A stretch of DNA of 64,000 nt from Lytechinus pictus (taxonomy: Eukaryota). The first letter of the stretch is position 1, and each line of letters begins with the position of its first letter. Both the position numbers and the translations under genes were made by a program. Shown one piece after another: positions 40,186 to 53,577 of the stretch. The notes below the pieces were generated by a model that was not told the DNA's origin, did not search any database, and saw only the letters and a list, made by a program, of their open reading frames with translations. Location: NCBI RefSeq assembly GCF_037042905.1, contig NC_087252.1:9178001-9242000 (forward strand), written 5' to 3'.

Positions 40186-41483
40186 ATGTACGTCCAGAGG
40201 CGTCGATTCTGGGGGGGCAGGAGGGGCGATCGCCCCACCAATGAAAATATTGGGGGGCAAACATATCATTTTGCCCCCCCCCCCCCCAATAATTCCGCAT
40301 GTGGAACTAAAAATAAAAAAAGATTGTAATGTTACACGGAAATCAGCAAGCAAGATCGAGACACCAACTTGTTCTTTATTTAGAATTGTGCTCAAAATGT
40401 TCGCTTTTCAGATTGGAATACAAAAATTTTCAGCTCGCGCTTCGCGCTCGCATCATTTCTGTAGCAAAAACCCATACTTTTCATGATTAAATAGGTAAAT
40501 AGAATTTCCCGTTTTCAGTTCTAAACCTCAAAAGAACTCCCGCTTCGATTTGCAATAAACTTTTATTGGATATATATCTTGTTCTGTTAAAAGCGTCCAT
40601 TAAACTGTCATCTTTTTTTTCAGATCGAAATATCAAAATTTTCAGCTCGCGCGTCGCGCTCGTATCTGCGTGGAGCATTGTGGCCCAGTGGATTAGTCTC
40701 CGGACTTTGAAACAGAAGGTCGTGGGTTCGAATGCCAACCATGGCGTAATTTTCTTCAGCAAGAAATTGATCCACAATGTGCTGCACTTAACCCAGGTGA
40801 GGTAAATGGGTACCTGACAGGAATTTATTCCTTGAAACGCAGCGTGCGTAACAGCTGCACTGCTAAAGCCAGGGTAATTATGCTGCATATACTGTAGAGC
40901 GCTTAGAGACTTCTGACAAAGTAAGTGTTAAGCGCTATATAAGCAAGTATAATTATTATCTATTGTTCTTCTAGATACCCATCTTAATCGTTGGTACCAA
41001 AAATGCTTAAAATATCAAGCTTTCAGGTCAGAATATAAAGAGATTTCAGCTCGCTCTCGGCACTTACATTATCTGTGTAGTGAGATACATGTATCTATCC
41101 CCCTCATAATTTATACTACAAACAGTCCTAAAGAGGTACCTTTTTCCTGTTTTCATGTCAGTATACTAAAAAATTTCAGCTCGCGCTTCACGCTCGCATT
41201 AATTTGTTGGTGAGGGTGACATATATGTCTCTTTCTCATGAGTCACATTTATATATATATAATATATATATGCATATATAATACAGGTCTATGTGTGTGG
41301 GGGTGTAGGGGTGTGTGTGGGTGAGTTTGTTCGTTTTGTGCGATCGAGCGCCTTTTGAACGTTGATTCATGATTTGCCCCCCCCCCCCCCAATCTGAAAA
41401 GTGGATCGACGCCCCTGTGTACGTCTACTACTACAGTACTTCTTCTACTACTGCTACTACTTCTATTTCCTCTACTTCTACTC

Positions 41484-41514
<31 letters not shown>

Positions 41515-43067
41515 CTCTGCTACTACTTCTCATTTTCCTGCTTCCATTACTTCTTCTAGTACTGCCACTACTTCTACTGCTGCTACTGATTTTATAAATA
41601 CTGTCGGATTGTTATATTAGACTAAACCCCATTAATTTTTGTCGTTTTAATTTTACCAAAAAAAGGTTTGAAGATTGGTGTTTTCTCAACGATTATATCT
41701 GAAATATGTACGTCTTGGTGAAACTTGGAAACATTAGGGAGATTGTGATTGTTTCATTTTTGTCACACCTGCATAGCAAAGCGGGACTATAGGCGCTGCT
41801 TTTCCGACGGCGGTGACGTCGGCGGCGGCGTCGTCAATATTGAAATCTTAAGAAAGGATACAAGTTTTTAAATTATCATCATAACTTCGAAAGCATATGG
41901 ACTTAGTTCATGAAACTGAGACATAAGAGTAATTAAGTATTACTGAACATCCGGCTTTCAGGTCACATGACTTAGGTCAAAGGTCATTTAGGGTCAATGA
42001 ACTTAGACCATGTTGGGGGTATTTGAGGAATTGCCAACATAACTTTCAAATTTCATGGATCTAGTTCATGAACCGTGGACATAAGAGCAACCATGTATCC
42101 TTAAACATCAGGTGCCAGTTTCAGGTCACATGATCAATGTCAAAGGTCATTTTAAAGGTCAATGAACTTTGGTTGTGTTGGGAATATGTGTTGAATTTGC
42201 ATCATAAAGTTTATGGATCTACATGTAGCTCATAAAACATCGACATAAGGGGTAATCGAGTATGAATGATTATTATTTCACCTGCATTAGGTCACGTTAT
42301 CATGGTCTATGGTCTATGGTCATTTTGGGTCAATGGATATAATGTTTTATTATCATATTAGTGTTTTCTTCTGTGAATAATAATTCATTAGCTGCTTTTT
42401 AAGGCAGAACTGCTGCTACTGTACGTGTGAGAGCTAATGTAATGGGATTTTAGTAAGAATACTCATATCTTTTATTAATTCTCACGTTTTAGGTCAATGT
42501 GAAGTCACATCTGAGATGCTCACCTTAGAATGAATCCTCTTTAGGTTTTGGCTATGATCTAATTCGTGTGTATTTTTATTTTTTTAATGTTCATCCATAC
42601 TTTTGTACTGAATAGGCTTTTGGAGTCTTATTTGAATTCGAAAGTGTTTTCTCCATATTTTTCTATATCAATGTGTCCAATGATTGGTAGGCATCTAGTC
42701 TGCAGGCACAGACCCTGATTGGAACTTTGATCAATAAGTGTGCCTCCACGCAAAGACTAGCACATACGAAACTTGCTGTTCAGTACACAAGGCATGAGTA
42801 GGCTGCACATTCAGACCCTTAACTCGAGTGAAGGGTTTGCCCAGCAGACTAGTAGGCATCAGTTCGTTTTAAAAGACGGTGTAACGCTAGGTCTTACATT
42901 TTCGAGAGTGGCTGTAGAGCTCAGCTCTAGAGTGGCAGTCTCGAGAGCAAATTTGTACAGGTGAAGGAGGATGGCACTGAGACAGGTATAGATTGAAATA
43001 CTGCCCTAGCCTTCCTCCTTGGTCTTTTGTCTGCCAATTTATCATTCCGATTATTTTCTGACGTCTT
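37929..43067 (+). repeat. ~5.1-kb direct duplicate of ~26775-35080, lacking the Helentron insert
   Basis: Colinear and near-identical. It shares unit-C-type variants (GAACCATTCAATATTCACAGAAA; CCCAAAAGTTGTC) and has the empty Helentron site at ~39115-39130. Confidence 0.93.
42696..42851. mobile_element. 156-bp MITE with TAG..CTA ends and 9-bp TSD (Academ/AcademH-like, tentative)
   Basis: TIR TAGTCTGC / GCAGACTA, TSD GTAGGCATC (42687-42695, 42852-42860), and a precise empty site at ~34865-34873. Confidence 0.82.
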
Positions 43068-43199
43068 GACCCCTGTACTTATTAGCTCTCCATAGAATTG
43101 CGACTATCATATACATCTTCATAAGTGTTAGTGTCTATGCCGGCAAGTTTTATGTCACGTTTGCAGGTGTCTTTACAACGAAGGTGTGATCTACAAATG

Positions 43200-43710
43200 T
43201 GGTGAGACCAAGCACACAGCTCACCTTATCTTGGCGAAAGGTTTCATGCGGCGAACATGCCCCAACGACTTGAGGCGCCTTTGACTGCAAAGGAGCCAGA
43301 ATAAGCTGGGGATGCAAACACGTACGCTGAAGGGCCTCTGTATTTTTCACTTTGTCCTGCCATTTAATGTGCATGATACCTCTGAGGCAGCTGACATGGA
43401 AGGTGTTTAGCCGCTTTTCTTAGTTGGCGTACGTTTTCCAGGACTTACTTCCGTACATGAGCTTTGACATGACTGTGGCAGATTTTCCTATCCTGGTGTT
43501 TATCTCCTTGTCCAGTGAAAGGGAGCTAGAGACATATTGGTGATCTAAGGTAGGTGAGGAGTCCACCACAACCAGACGAGTTTGTGCTGTTGATAGAGAT
43601 ATCTGGATATAGAAGCCCTCTGTGCATTCGCCAAATGCATACTGGGGAAGCTTGGAGAAGAAGATCCCAAAAAGTTTCAGGGCCAGGCGCAGCCTTGCTT
43701 CAAGCAACTG
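43200..43710 (-). mobile_element. Decayed RTE-clade LINE fragment (RT C-terminal region)
   Basis: Peptides LFGIFFS..YAF..EG.YI, SSLSLDKEINTRIGKSATVMSKL and MHIKWQDKVKNTEAL resemble RTE ORF motifs. They are broken by stops, frameshifts and deletions. Confidence 0.75.
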
Positions 43711-45456
43711 CTCACATGAACCGAGAAAAGGTACCAGGTGTTCTAGTGTTGTAACAAACTGTGCTCATGGAATGATATGACCAGGGAACAGTCTTGGGGG
43801 AACTTCTGCAGGAGGCTAAATAGTGCACTCCTGCTTTCCAAGTCAATGGCTCTTGTCAGAACAAAAGGTCCAATGATAGTAATAAAGGAAGGTAATAACT
43901 TAACTATTTTTCTGAAAAATACAGAGAAATCACTTTTTGATTCAATAATACAAGTCCTTTCACTAGAAAAGTACGGTTGGACATAAACAAAAATTAGAAC
44001 TCCCAAAATAGATCATAGCTAAAACCTTGAATGGTTTCATTCTAAAGTGAGCGGTTAATGATGAAATCTATCAACCATCTAACCATCTTAGACATGACTT
44101 GACCTCGAACTAAAAATGGAGTGATTAAAAGAAATGAATCATCCTTACTGAAAATCCCTTACACGATCTACACATAATACTAACCTCTTCAGGACAGCGT
44201 GTACGCTTTTAGGGAGAGTTCAATAGTCACGGGAAATGTTTTATTTTTATATTGCGTTTAGCGGCCATCTTGGACATGTTAGATTTGATCTGAAGATGAT
44301 CTAATATTGCAAAATTATTAACAGAAATGGAATCAACATGCCAAATATCTCACGGAAATGGGTATTAATCATGATGCAAAATATATAGCAGAAAGGTATT
44401 CTACACACCCCAAACCCCTAAACAGAGGCATAACTCGTCATTCTGGGGCAAGAGGATCAAAAGTCAATTTTTCAGAATTGGATCTGGTGGCCATCTTGGA
44501 TTTGACCTGAAGATGACCTTATATTGCAAAAATGATAATAGAAATCTGTTCTACACACCTCTAAACCCCTAAAAACAGTAATTACTCATCATTTTTGGTC
44601 AAGGGGTTCAAAAGTTAGGGTTTCAAGATGTCATCTGGCGGCCATTTTGGATTTATGCAAATTAGCGAAATGCCCAAACGGCAACTTTGGGCAACCGATC
44701 TGAATTTTTCTAGGACCCCATAGGAACATGAATAAAAAAAAACTTCATCGGAAAGAACATTTCTAGGTTGGTGTATTGAGCCTATGAGACTGTCAAATCG
44801 ACTATAGGGTTCTAGATGCTCCCTTATGCTATCTCAGGCTATTTTTTGATATGATGGCATCAGTGGCGTAATGAGCTATACATTTCGAGGGGCTAGATAT
44901 GGCATATCGCGTAAAATTGATAAACAGTTGCGAGCGAGCGAAAATTTGGATTTTTTATTTCAGAAATTCAATTTTGTTTAATAAATTTCGACATATTAAA
45001 AAAATGATAATGTTGTATTTCACCCTCGTGACCTTTTTGCCCCCCCCCACCCACCTATCTGTACAAACATGACAACGTAGGAGGGTACCAAGTAATTAAC
45101 AATTGAATGAATCAAATCATACATTTTTGCTTGATAGAACTTAATAAAACTTTTATGTCATTATTCTTGCTAGCATATATAATTAATGAAACATCTACCA
45201 AATCATACGTTTTTGTGATATCCTTATCCGTATATCAACCAGTGAAGACATACTGCCTCACGGCCATCAAATTGACAGTTCCAAAGGTGTTTGGGCCGGG
45301 GAAAGATCATTTAAAGCGGGAGAAAATACATCTTATGCGGGAGACACAGGGCCTGGGCGGGAGATATAAAATCTCAAGCGGGAGAACGGTGGATTTTGCG
45401 AAAAAGGGCTTTTTGCAGGACATCTCCCGCCGAAAGCGGGAATGTTGGAGTCTCCG

Positions 45457-46404
45457 ACAAAGACAAATTTGACCTACAAGAATAAGATTTGATTTTCTTT
45501 TGAACAAATGCGTCACGCCACCAACAACCGACAATCTATCATGGAATGTTCTCTCCCTGGAAATAGCCCAAGAAGTCTTTAAAAAGTATGAAATAGCAAA
45601 TACTATTTGAAGAATGTTTCATCCTTTTCATACTCCAGATTTTTTATTTTTTTTTGCTTGTCAAAAACTTTTGGTGATCCACTCTTAAAATTTAGTTTGA
45701 AAACCTTTTTTTTTTGGGGGGGGGGGGGGGCTTGTCAAATTTTTACCTGCGTCTATCCGAAAATTTTAGGTGGACCTTACCCTAAATTCGTTTGCTTTCG
45801 CCGCCAATGAGTCCATATACTTTTTAGGCTATGATGACATTTCAAAAGCTTATCCTTGGTTAAGATTTAAATGTTGACGACTCCGCCGCCGTCGGAAAAG
45901 CGGCGCCTATAGTCTCGCTTTGCTAAGCAGGCGTGACAAAAATGAATCGATCACTATCTCTCTAACGTTTCCAAGTTTCACCAAGACTTACATATTTCAA
46001 ATATCATTGTTGTGAAAACTCCAATCTCAATTTTCTTTTTTAAATGAAAACGAAAAAAATGAATGGGGCATAGTCTAATATAACAATCCGACAGTAGTTG
46101 TAATATCAGTAGCAGTAGAAATAGTGGCAGTAGTAGAAGAAGTAGTGGAAGCAGGAGAATGAGAATTGGTAGCAGTACTAGTAGTAGTAGTAGTAGAAGT
46201 AGAGGAGTTAGAAGTAGTAACAGTAGTAGAAGAAGTAGTAGTAGACGTAGTAGTAGTAGTAGTAGTAGTAGCAGCAGAAGTAGGAGTAAAAGTAGCAGTA
46301 GTAGTTTTTGTTTTTTTTAGTAGAAGTAGTAGTAGTAGCAGGAGTAGCAGTAGTACTATTAGTGGTAGTAGTAGCAGTAGTAGTATTAATAGTAGTAGTA
46401 TTAA

Positions 46405-46461
<57 letters not shown>

Positions 46462-46490
46462 CAGTAGTGATGCTGATCCTATAATCATGA
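45457..46490 (-). repeat. Degenerate partial paralog of the module
   Basis: 45457-45640 matches 8948-9130. 45830-46490 is the reverse complement of the (TAC)n array, its flank and the 5' end of the Helentron-type element (compare 33611-34050). Confidence 0.8.
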
Positions 46491-47019
46491 CAATTACCAA
46501 ATTCAATGAACCCGTAATAAAAGAAAAGTTTACAAATGGAAAACTTGTAATCATGTTGAAATTTAATTTCTTGAATTAGATATATATTAAAAAAAAACAT
46601 ATATTCTTTATAATTAGATAACATACTAATAATCTAATAAATTAATGATAATAATACTAATAATCAATAAAACGTATGATTTATGCAGTCTCGTTTATCA
46701 ATCGGATATAAGTACCAGTACATTATTAATATCCTTGTAGCAAAATCACATCTTTGATTCAGCTCCATCAGAACTGCAATCATCACAGTTAACCAAATAA
46801 CAATTTGTAATAAAGGCAAGGGTCCTGTATTACCGCGTCACTTATACTAATTTTCTTAATATTTATTCATTAATTTGGCGATGACATATTTCCACCAAAG
46901 TGATAACTGAAGACTACGGCATCTATCCAATCCTTGGAAGATACTTTGCCAAACGATAGTGAATCCAGAATAGGGTATGATAAAAACATGTGGCTAAACA
47001 CAGATTACCTCCATGATAA

Positions 47020-47980
47020 AACCATTAGCAAGAACAAGAAGGTTTCCAGCCGAGTCAATGCCGAATGCAGAGCAAATGTTTACATTTTGTCCTATGATTG
47101 AACAGTGCTGGGGATGCCTGATGAAGGTATCAAGCCAGCAAGGAGACAGTTGCAGAAGTCCAGTCTAAAGATTATCAGGGCATGGATGATATTTTCAACA
47201 GCCCATCATGCATGTCATGTAAGACAATGTCTGTGGAGCTGGTAGTATGGAGACTTGCAGACATGATTGTGGTGTGTGTTTCTCAAAGACTACACCAAGA
47301 TTGCTAGCATTGCATCCTGGATACTTCCTCACCTATTAAGACTGGAGTTATAGTCATAATAATTACCCATATATGGACACGACAGAACAAGATACTCCGT
47401 TTTTTATCGTTAAGCTTGAAGAAGTTGGCCTTTATCCAACATAGAATCTCCTCAATGGCAGCACCAACAACAGCAGCTGCATGACTTCTGCATCTCCATT
47501 TTTTTAATATTAAAAGTGAGGTACACAGCTGGATGTCATCAGCATAGAAGTGTACATCAAGACCATGTTGCCAAATTATAGAGCCAAGAGGGGTGACGCA
47601 CAGTTTGAAGAGCAAGGAACCAAGGACAGAATCCTGCGGAACTCCATAGCGATGGGTTACAGGAGACTGCATGCCAGTGATGAAAACAGCTTGTCCTCTG
47701 TTGAAAAGGTAAGAAGAAAGCCATTGGAGGCAGACCCATCAATTCCAAAATAGACTCTCAGTCTTTCGAGAAGAATGACATGATCATTGGTATCTAAACC
47801 CTGCTGACAATACAAGGGTAACTTAGGCAACTGCTTTCCGCTTAGAAAGAGATCTACTGGCTCTACAATCGAAGAAATTCCCGACCTAGCCTTTGATGAT
47901 TATATATCATTGCATGCAGCCTATCAGAGCTGAGAAAGCTGTCGGATGCTGTTTGTTTGAATACCGGTTAAAAGAAGTAG
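47020..47980 (-). mobile_element. Decayed L2/CR1-group LINE reverse-transcriptase fragment
   Basis: ORF 47304..47672 contains YGVPQDSVLGSLLF...HFYADDIQL (the GVPQGS.LGP.LF and YADD motifs) and WIKANFFKLN. Flanks are frameshifted and boundaries approximate. Confidence 0.85.
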
Positions 47981-49689
47981 ATTGATAGTCACCCGCAGGA
48001 CCACCAAATATGTCATGAATCTCACCATTCTCTGAAAGATATCTTCGTTATCAAATAGGAGAATGATCTCTTATGAACACGTCAGCTACATGTGCGAATT
48101 TTTCGAAGTTCGATAAATGGCCAAGGAGACATCACACACGAAATTCACTGCGGTATTGGAAATGTGCTCTCCGAGCATTTTAACACCTTAGAAATCTAGT
48201 CAAACAGCAGATTCTCTTAAGACTATAGCTTTGGTTTTTTCTATGGATCTGTGACATGAGAATCGGACATATCTCAAGACCACAATGCGAATTGCATCTG
48301 CAGAATGCTTGATTGGCCTAAAAACAATTAAAGAAGACTTTCATCGAGTCGCCCTACCAATCAAGCCAGCTAGTGGAATACCCAATCGAGAGTAACTAAC
48401 ATTGTTCTTCAAGACCCCAAAGGTAAGTGTGTATATTAACCTGGGGGAGCGGGATTCCTCTAAGTTCGATGAAGCGGCAGTCCTTGAGAGGACAGGTGCA
48501 GTTCTACATTTGTTGTGATGCTATATGTAGATGCACATGTAATCCGTTGTTGAAGTCCAATGATCAATTTTTTTGTTAGAAGTACATGGAGTAAAATGTT
48601 CGTTGTGGAACTTTAGAACATCACAGTCTGACTTTTAAAAGCTCTAATTGATAGGCAAAATGAGAAATTAAAAGCTCTAATTGATAGGCAAAATGTGAAA
48701 TTAGATGGTTTACATGTGGGTTTGGTTTTTAAAAGTTTTTACAAACTGGGACAATTTGACCAGCAGAATGTTTTCACTTCATTTTGCCCCCAAAACACAC
48801 TAAATATATATGTGATCAGATTTTGTTGGGCTAAAATTCATCTGAAATTTAAATATAAATGAATTGATTAATCTCGTACCGGTAAGTATAAAATCATTTT
48901 ATAATTGAAAATCAAGCAGTCGATAAACACATTCGCTTTAAATACAGACAGCTTCGTGAAAATCGTTGGATCAACTATCAGTGTGGTTTTATATGGAAAA
49001 GCCCTCCTTGCAAGCATTTTCCTTTGTATACAGATGTGGGTGTGGGTGCATGAGTGTATGTAAATGGATATGTGCGAATCAAAAAGTTGTGAAAAAACAT
49101 GATTACATAATTAAGTCATTGAAGCTAATTATTTTCTGTCTTTGATAATCAATAATTTGACAGAACCCATAACAAAACATGTACAAAACAAATGGTACAA
49201 AATACAAAGAAATACATAATAAATTTAAAAAACAATTAAACACATTATTATTGAGTGTGATATTATAGTTTAAGGGCCGTAATTATTCATAATGAGGCAA
49301 ATGTTAATAGTACCAAAAATTGTAAACATTTGATTTGAAATTATTAAATTATAGCATAATATTCCAAATGCTGCATAAATTTGCATAATTAATTAGCTGC
49401 AAACGGAAATAACCACTTTTCTTGAATGGTACACGTTATGTATGCTGGATTTTGCAGTAGTCATGTCTGTGAAAGTGAATAACAGTAAAGAACATTGCAG
49501 AAATAATATTCTCAATGACCAATTTGGCAGCCATTTTGTTTATGCAGATTATGTGGTCAAGACATGAGAAATCAGCTTGGAAACCGATCTTATCGGATTC
49601 AGCATACTTGAATTGTGTGAAATAAACCGGTTCCCAACTTTTACCCCAAAATGCTTTTCAAAGGTTATAGAGACATCGTTTTCCAGAAT

Positions 49690-52008
49690 GGCTCAAGTCT
49701 ATTCCTGACAATCTTTTTGACGACCTGCAAACAATACACCTGAACCATACATGTATAATTGAGGTTACTCAACTACCACAAACAATGCAACTGATCTTAA
49801 GTTAAAGCACGTTTAATGATAAAAACACACCATTTTCAACTGGAGCAATATGTACATACTTGGAGCAAGAAGGTTCAATTTTTTCCCTAACGTTTTATTG
49901 TTCATTTCTCCAATTATTGTATTTTCTTATAAGAAAATTACATGCAAACTCCCTGAAGCAAAGAAAGCATGCAAAAGCGTGTGTCTCAACGTTGATATCT
50001 TTGTGATTACCACAATACGAATATTTTATCAAACTTGCTATAGCAACTACAAATTTTCAGCTCTATAATCATTCCCTATTCTTAGATCACGATGGTGCAC
50101 TTTTTTAAAAGACTTTATTCGGATGTGCTCAGATAATGCTGAAAGAAACTTCATGGTTGATATTGTGCCGCATTTTCGACTGCTTCAAAGACTTTGTAAA
50201 GGGGGCGTACTTTATTCACTTATGAAATTTCAAAATTTTATTTTTCCCCCTATGATCGTTGTGTCCCATCTTCCTTAATATGGTTAATTTCATTTTCAGT
50301 ATGAAATGTTTTTATTCTTTCCATATCCTTGATCTAAATAAAATATATTATTTGTCTTTGCATACCATGAATAGTATCAGAACACGTTTCGACCTAAAGA
50401 GAAACTTAATCTAAAATCGAAACAAAATTTTTAAGGTTGGAGGTATTTTTTCTTACAACTGGACTGAGAAGTTGTTTACAAAATCCCTATTATGTAAAGG
50501 CGCTCTTCCAAGCATAGCGTTCTACACGCATTGTTGGAACTGCGTTTTGTTTTGTTTTTATTTGTGTTATGTTGGCTGATTAGGCCACAATATGCTTGGA
50601 TAAAGGACAAGTCCACCCCAACAAAACTTGATTTGAATAAAAAGAGAAAAATTCAACAAGCATAACACTGAAAATTTCATCAAAATCGGATGTTAAATAA
50701 GAAAGTTATGGCATTTTTAAGTTTCGCTTCATTTCACAAAACAGTGACATGCACATCTCGGTCGGTATGCAAATGAGGAACTGATGACATCACTCACTCA
50801 CTTTTTCTCTTGTATTTTATTATATGAAATATAAAATATTTCTATTTTCTCGTCATTGTCATGTGAAATGAAGTCTCATTCCTCCCTGAACACGTGGAAT
50901 TCCATTATTTTAACATTTTGTGCTTCAGGCAAGGAGGTCCTAATCGTCAAATTCGGAAAAATTGAAATATTGTATAATTCAAACAATAAAAAACAACAGA
51001 AACAGTGAGTGAGTGGCATCATCGACTCTCTTATTTGGATGTAACTGGCTCGTTCATATAACTATTTTATTAAAAATAAGCGAAACTTTGAAATAGACAT
51101 TTATACCCTAAAAGTTAAGACATTTAAAAAACTTAACCTCGGTTAAGATTTGATGTTGACTTCGCCGCCGCCGTCGGAAAAGCGACATCCATTTCTTGCT
51201 TCTGCTATGCAGGCGAGGAAAAAATGGCGGACACGTTAAAGATATCACAATGTGAATATGACAGCATAGCCCCAAAATTATCAAACATTTGGCCATATTA
51301 TTTATCAAATCAGCAGCTGTGAATCATGGCAGCCATCTTGGAAGTAAAGATAGTTGACGAATCAATCGGACATAACCCTGGGTATCAAAAATAACGCATA
51401 GATCCCAATTTCTGAAATGTAATCACCCATAAAAATCGTTTAATATGGGAAACTGCATTAAAATGCCGCCATTTTGTTTTTTGCAGATTTGAGGATGAAA
51501 ATGTCGAAATCAAGTTTGGCAAACAGCATTTTTGGATTCAGCACCCCTGAATTACCTTAAAACAATTGATAAATCAGCATTAACACGAAATGCCTAAAGC
51601 ACTTTTTCTGAGCACATTTTTTAAAATCTGGACCTGACTGATGGCGTTCGAAATGGTCGCCATTCACAGAAAATGGACATAGCTCACTCCACATTAGACA
51701 TCAATTTCTGTGAATATTGCATGGTCCAAAGGGGTATAATTTGTTAATGATACAGGTTAGAGTGATCATAGTAGTAGTAGTAGTAGTAAAAGTGATAATG
51801 GTATAGTAGTAGTAGTAGTAGTAGTGGTAGTAGTAGTAGTATTTCTAGTAGTAGTATTGCAATAGTAGTAGAAGTAGGAGTAGTAGTAAAAGAAGTTGTA
51901 GTAGTAGTAGTAGTAGTGGTGGTGGTGGTGGTGGCAGTAGTAGTAGTAGTAGTATCTCTAGTAGTAGTATTGCAATAGTAGTAGAAGTAGAAGTAGGAGT
52001 AGAGTAAC

Positions 52009-52058
<50 letters not shown>

Positions 52059-52063
52059 CAGTG

Positions 52064-52094
<31 letters not shown>

Positions 52095-52172
52095 AAGAAG
52101 AAGAAGTTTTAATGGTATAGTAGTAGTATAAGTATTATGTCTAGTAGTAGCAGTATAGCTATAGTAGTAGCA

Positions 52173-52215
<43 letters not shown>

Positions 52216-52550
52216 CAGTAGTAGTAGTAGTAGTAGTGTAGTAGTAGTAGTAGTAGTGGTCGTAGTAGTGGTGTAGTAGTAGTAGTTGTAGAAGTAGTAG
52301 TACTAGTATTCATTATTATAAATAACAAGATGTTAACATTCCAGTGTCAAGTATTGAAGAAATAAATGCAAATGATATCAACACAATGGATATGGTTCAT
52401 TTCACTTTCAATTTATTTATTTTTTAACACGGATCTCAAGCAAAATACCGTATTTATTCTTACATACCATGAATATAAAGAAATAACACGTATAGACTTA
52501 AACAGAAACTAAATCTGAAATCGAAACAAAATTATTCAAGGTTGAAGGCG
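49690..52550 (-). repeat. Degenerate inverted partial paralog, interrupted by other elements
   Basis: 49690-50580 is the reverse complement of ~3440-4477 without the Harbinger-like MITE. 51640-52320 is the reverse complement of ~2750-3220. Confidence 0.8.
50606..51095. mobile_element. Truncated Kolobok-like MITE
   Basis: Begins TAA-AGGACAAGTCCACCCC and has internal inverted motifs (CATCACTCACTCACT / AGTGAGTGAGTGGCATC; AAGTTTCGCTT / AAGCGAAACTT). The right end is missing. Confidence 0.55.
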
Positions 52551-52562
52551 TCGTTCCACAAT

Positions 52563-52790
52563 TTGCCACTCTCCACTAAAGTGTTAACTGGGTACCAGGT
52601 ATGATGCAAAAGATACTGCAGTATGACTAGCTATTTTTTTAATTTTGTTTAAATGCTCCCCAGGGAATGGAGAAAGTGCATATTAAAGTGCGCTGGAAAG
52701 ACAGGATCCGTTAACCAGAGTAAAAATAATTTTTTTAAAGGGCTTCTTAAAACAGAATTGTATTGTAAGAACCGGATGTTACCATAAAAT
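52563..52790 (+). mobile_element. Degenerate SINE body remnant
   Basis: CACTCTCCACTAAAGTGTTAACTGGGTACC resembles the central motif of the 32856 SINE. No tRNA head remains. Confidence 0.35.
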
Positions 52791-53093
52791 GTCGTTCGTA
52801 AATATTCTGCTTAACAAATTCAATACAATCATACCTTTTGTTTTTCTAAAATGGCAACAATTAACATTCATGGTTTGTAGTCTGAAAATGACCATCCGAC
52901 ATGTTCAAAATGCTGTATTTACATGGAGTATAAAAAAACTTGAAAATAAAATGATTTGAAACTGACATTTGATGCCCTAATGCAACTTATTGATTATTAA
53001 AAATAAAAAACAAATAGAACTGTATCAATGAAGTCTGTATGTAAAAATTGCCCTCCGGAAGAATTTAAGAGTAGTAGTACCAGTAATAGAAGA

Positions 53094-53152
<59 letters not shown>

Positions 53153-53577
53153 CAGTAGTAGTAGTAGTAGGAGTAGAAGTAGTATTAGTAGTAGAAGTAT
53201 AGTAATAGTAGTAGTACTAGAAGTAGTAGTCGTATTCCATTTCTTGGAAATTCGCCATTTTGGACCCTCATTGAGGGAAAAGACATTTCTGCTTTGCAGT
53301 CAAGTCACTTTTGTTTTTCAACCATTTGGAGATAAAAAAGTAGACTTTCCTCTATCTGTTACATAAAGGGAAGTGCTGGCACAGCGAAGCTTAAACCCTC
53401 AGGGTGCTGCCGAAGTTACTCGCCCTTCGGATTTTACCAATTTATGGGAATGTATGCCATTTTGGAGCCCCCATTGAGTCAAAAAGCATTTTTTCTATGT
53501 AATAAAACCACTTTTATTGTTTTTAAACTACACGGAGACAAAAGGGTAGAGTTTCCTCTATCTGCTACTTATTAATT

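Noticed and set aside
47304..47672. Active reverse transcriptase or retron-like system
   Set aside because: It is a short, frameshifted fragment with LINE-type motifs and no intact ORF or partner genes.
48334..48346. GAAGACTTTCATC match to the tandem-array junction sequence
   Set aside because: Only 13 bp with unrelated flanks, so probably chance.
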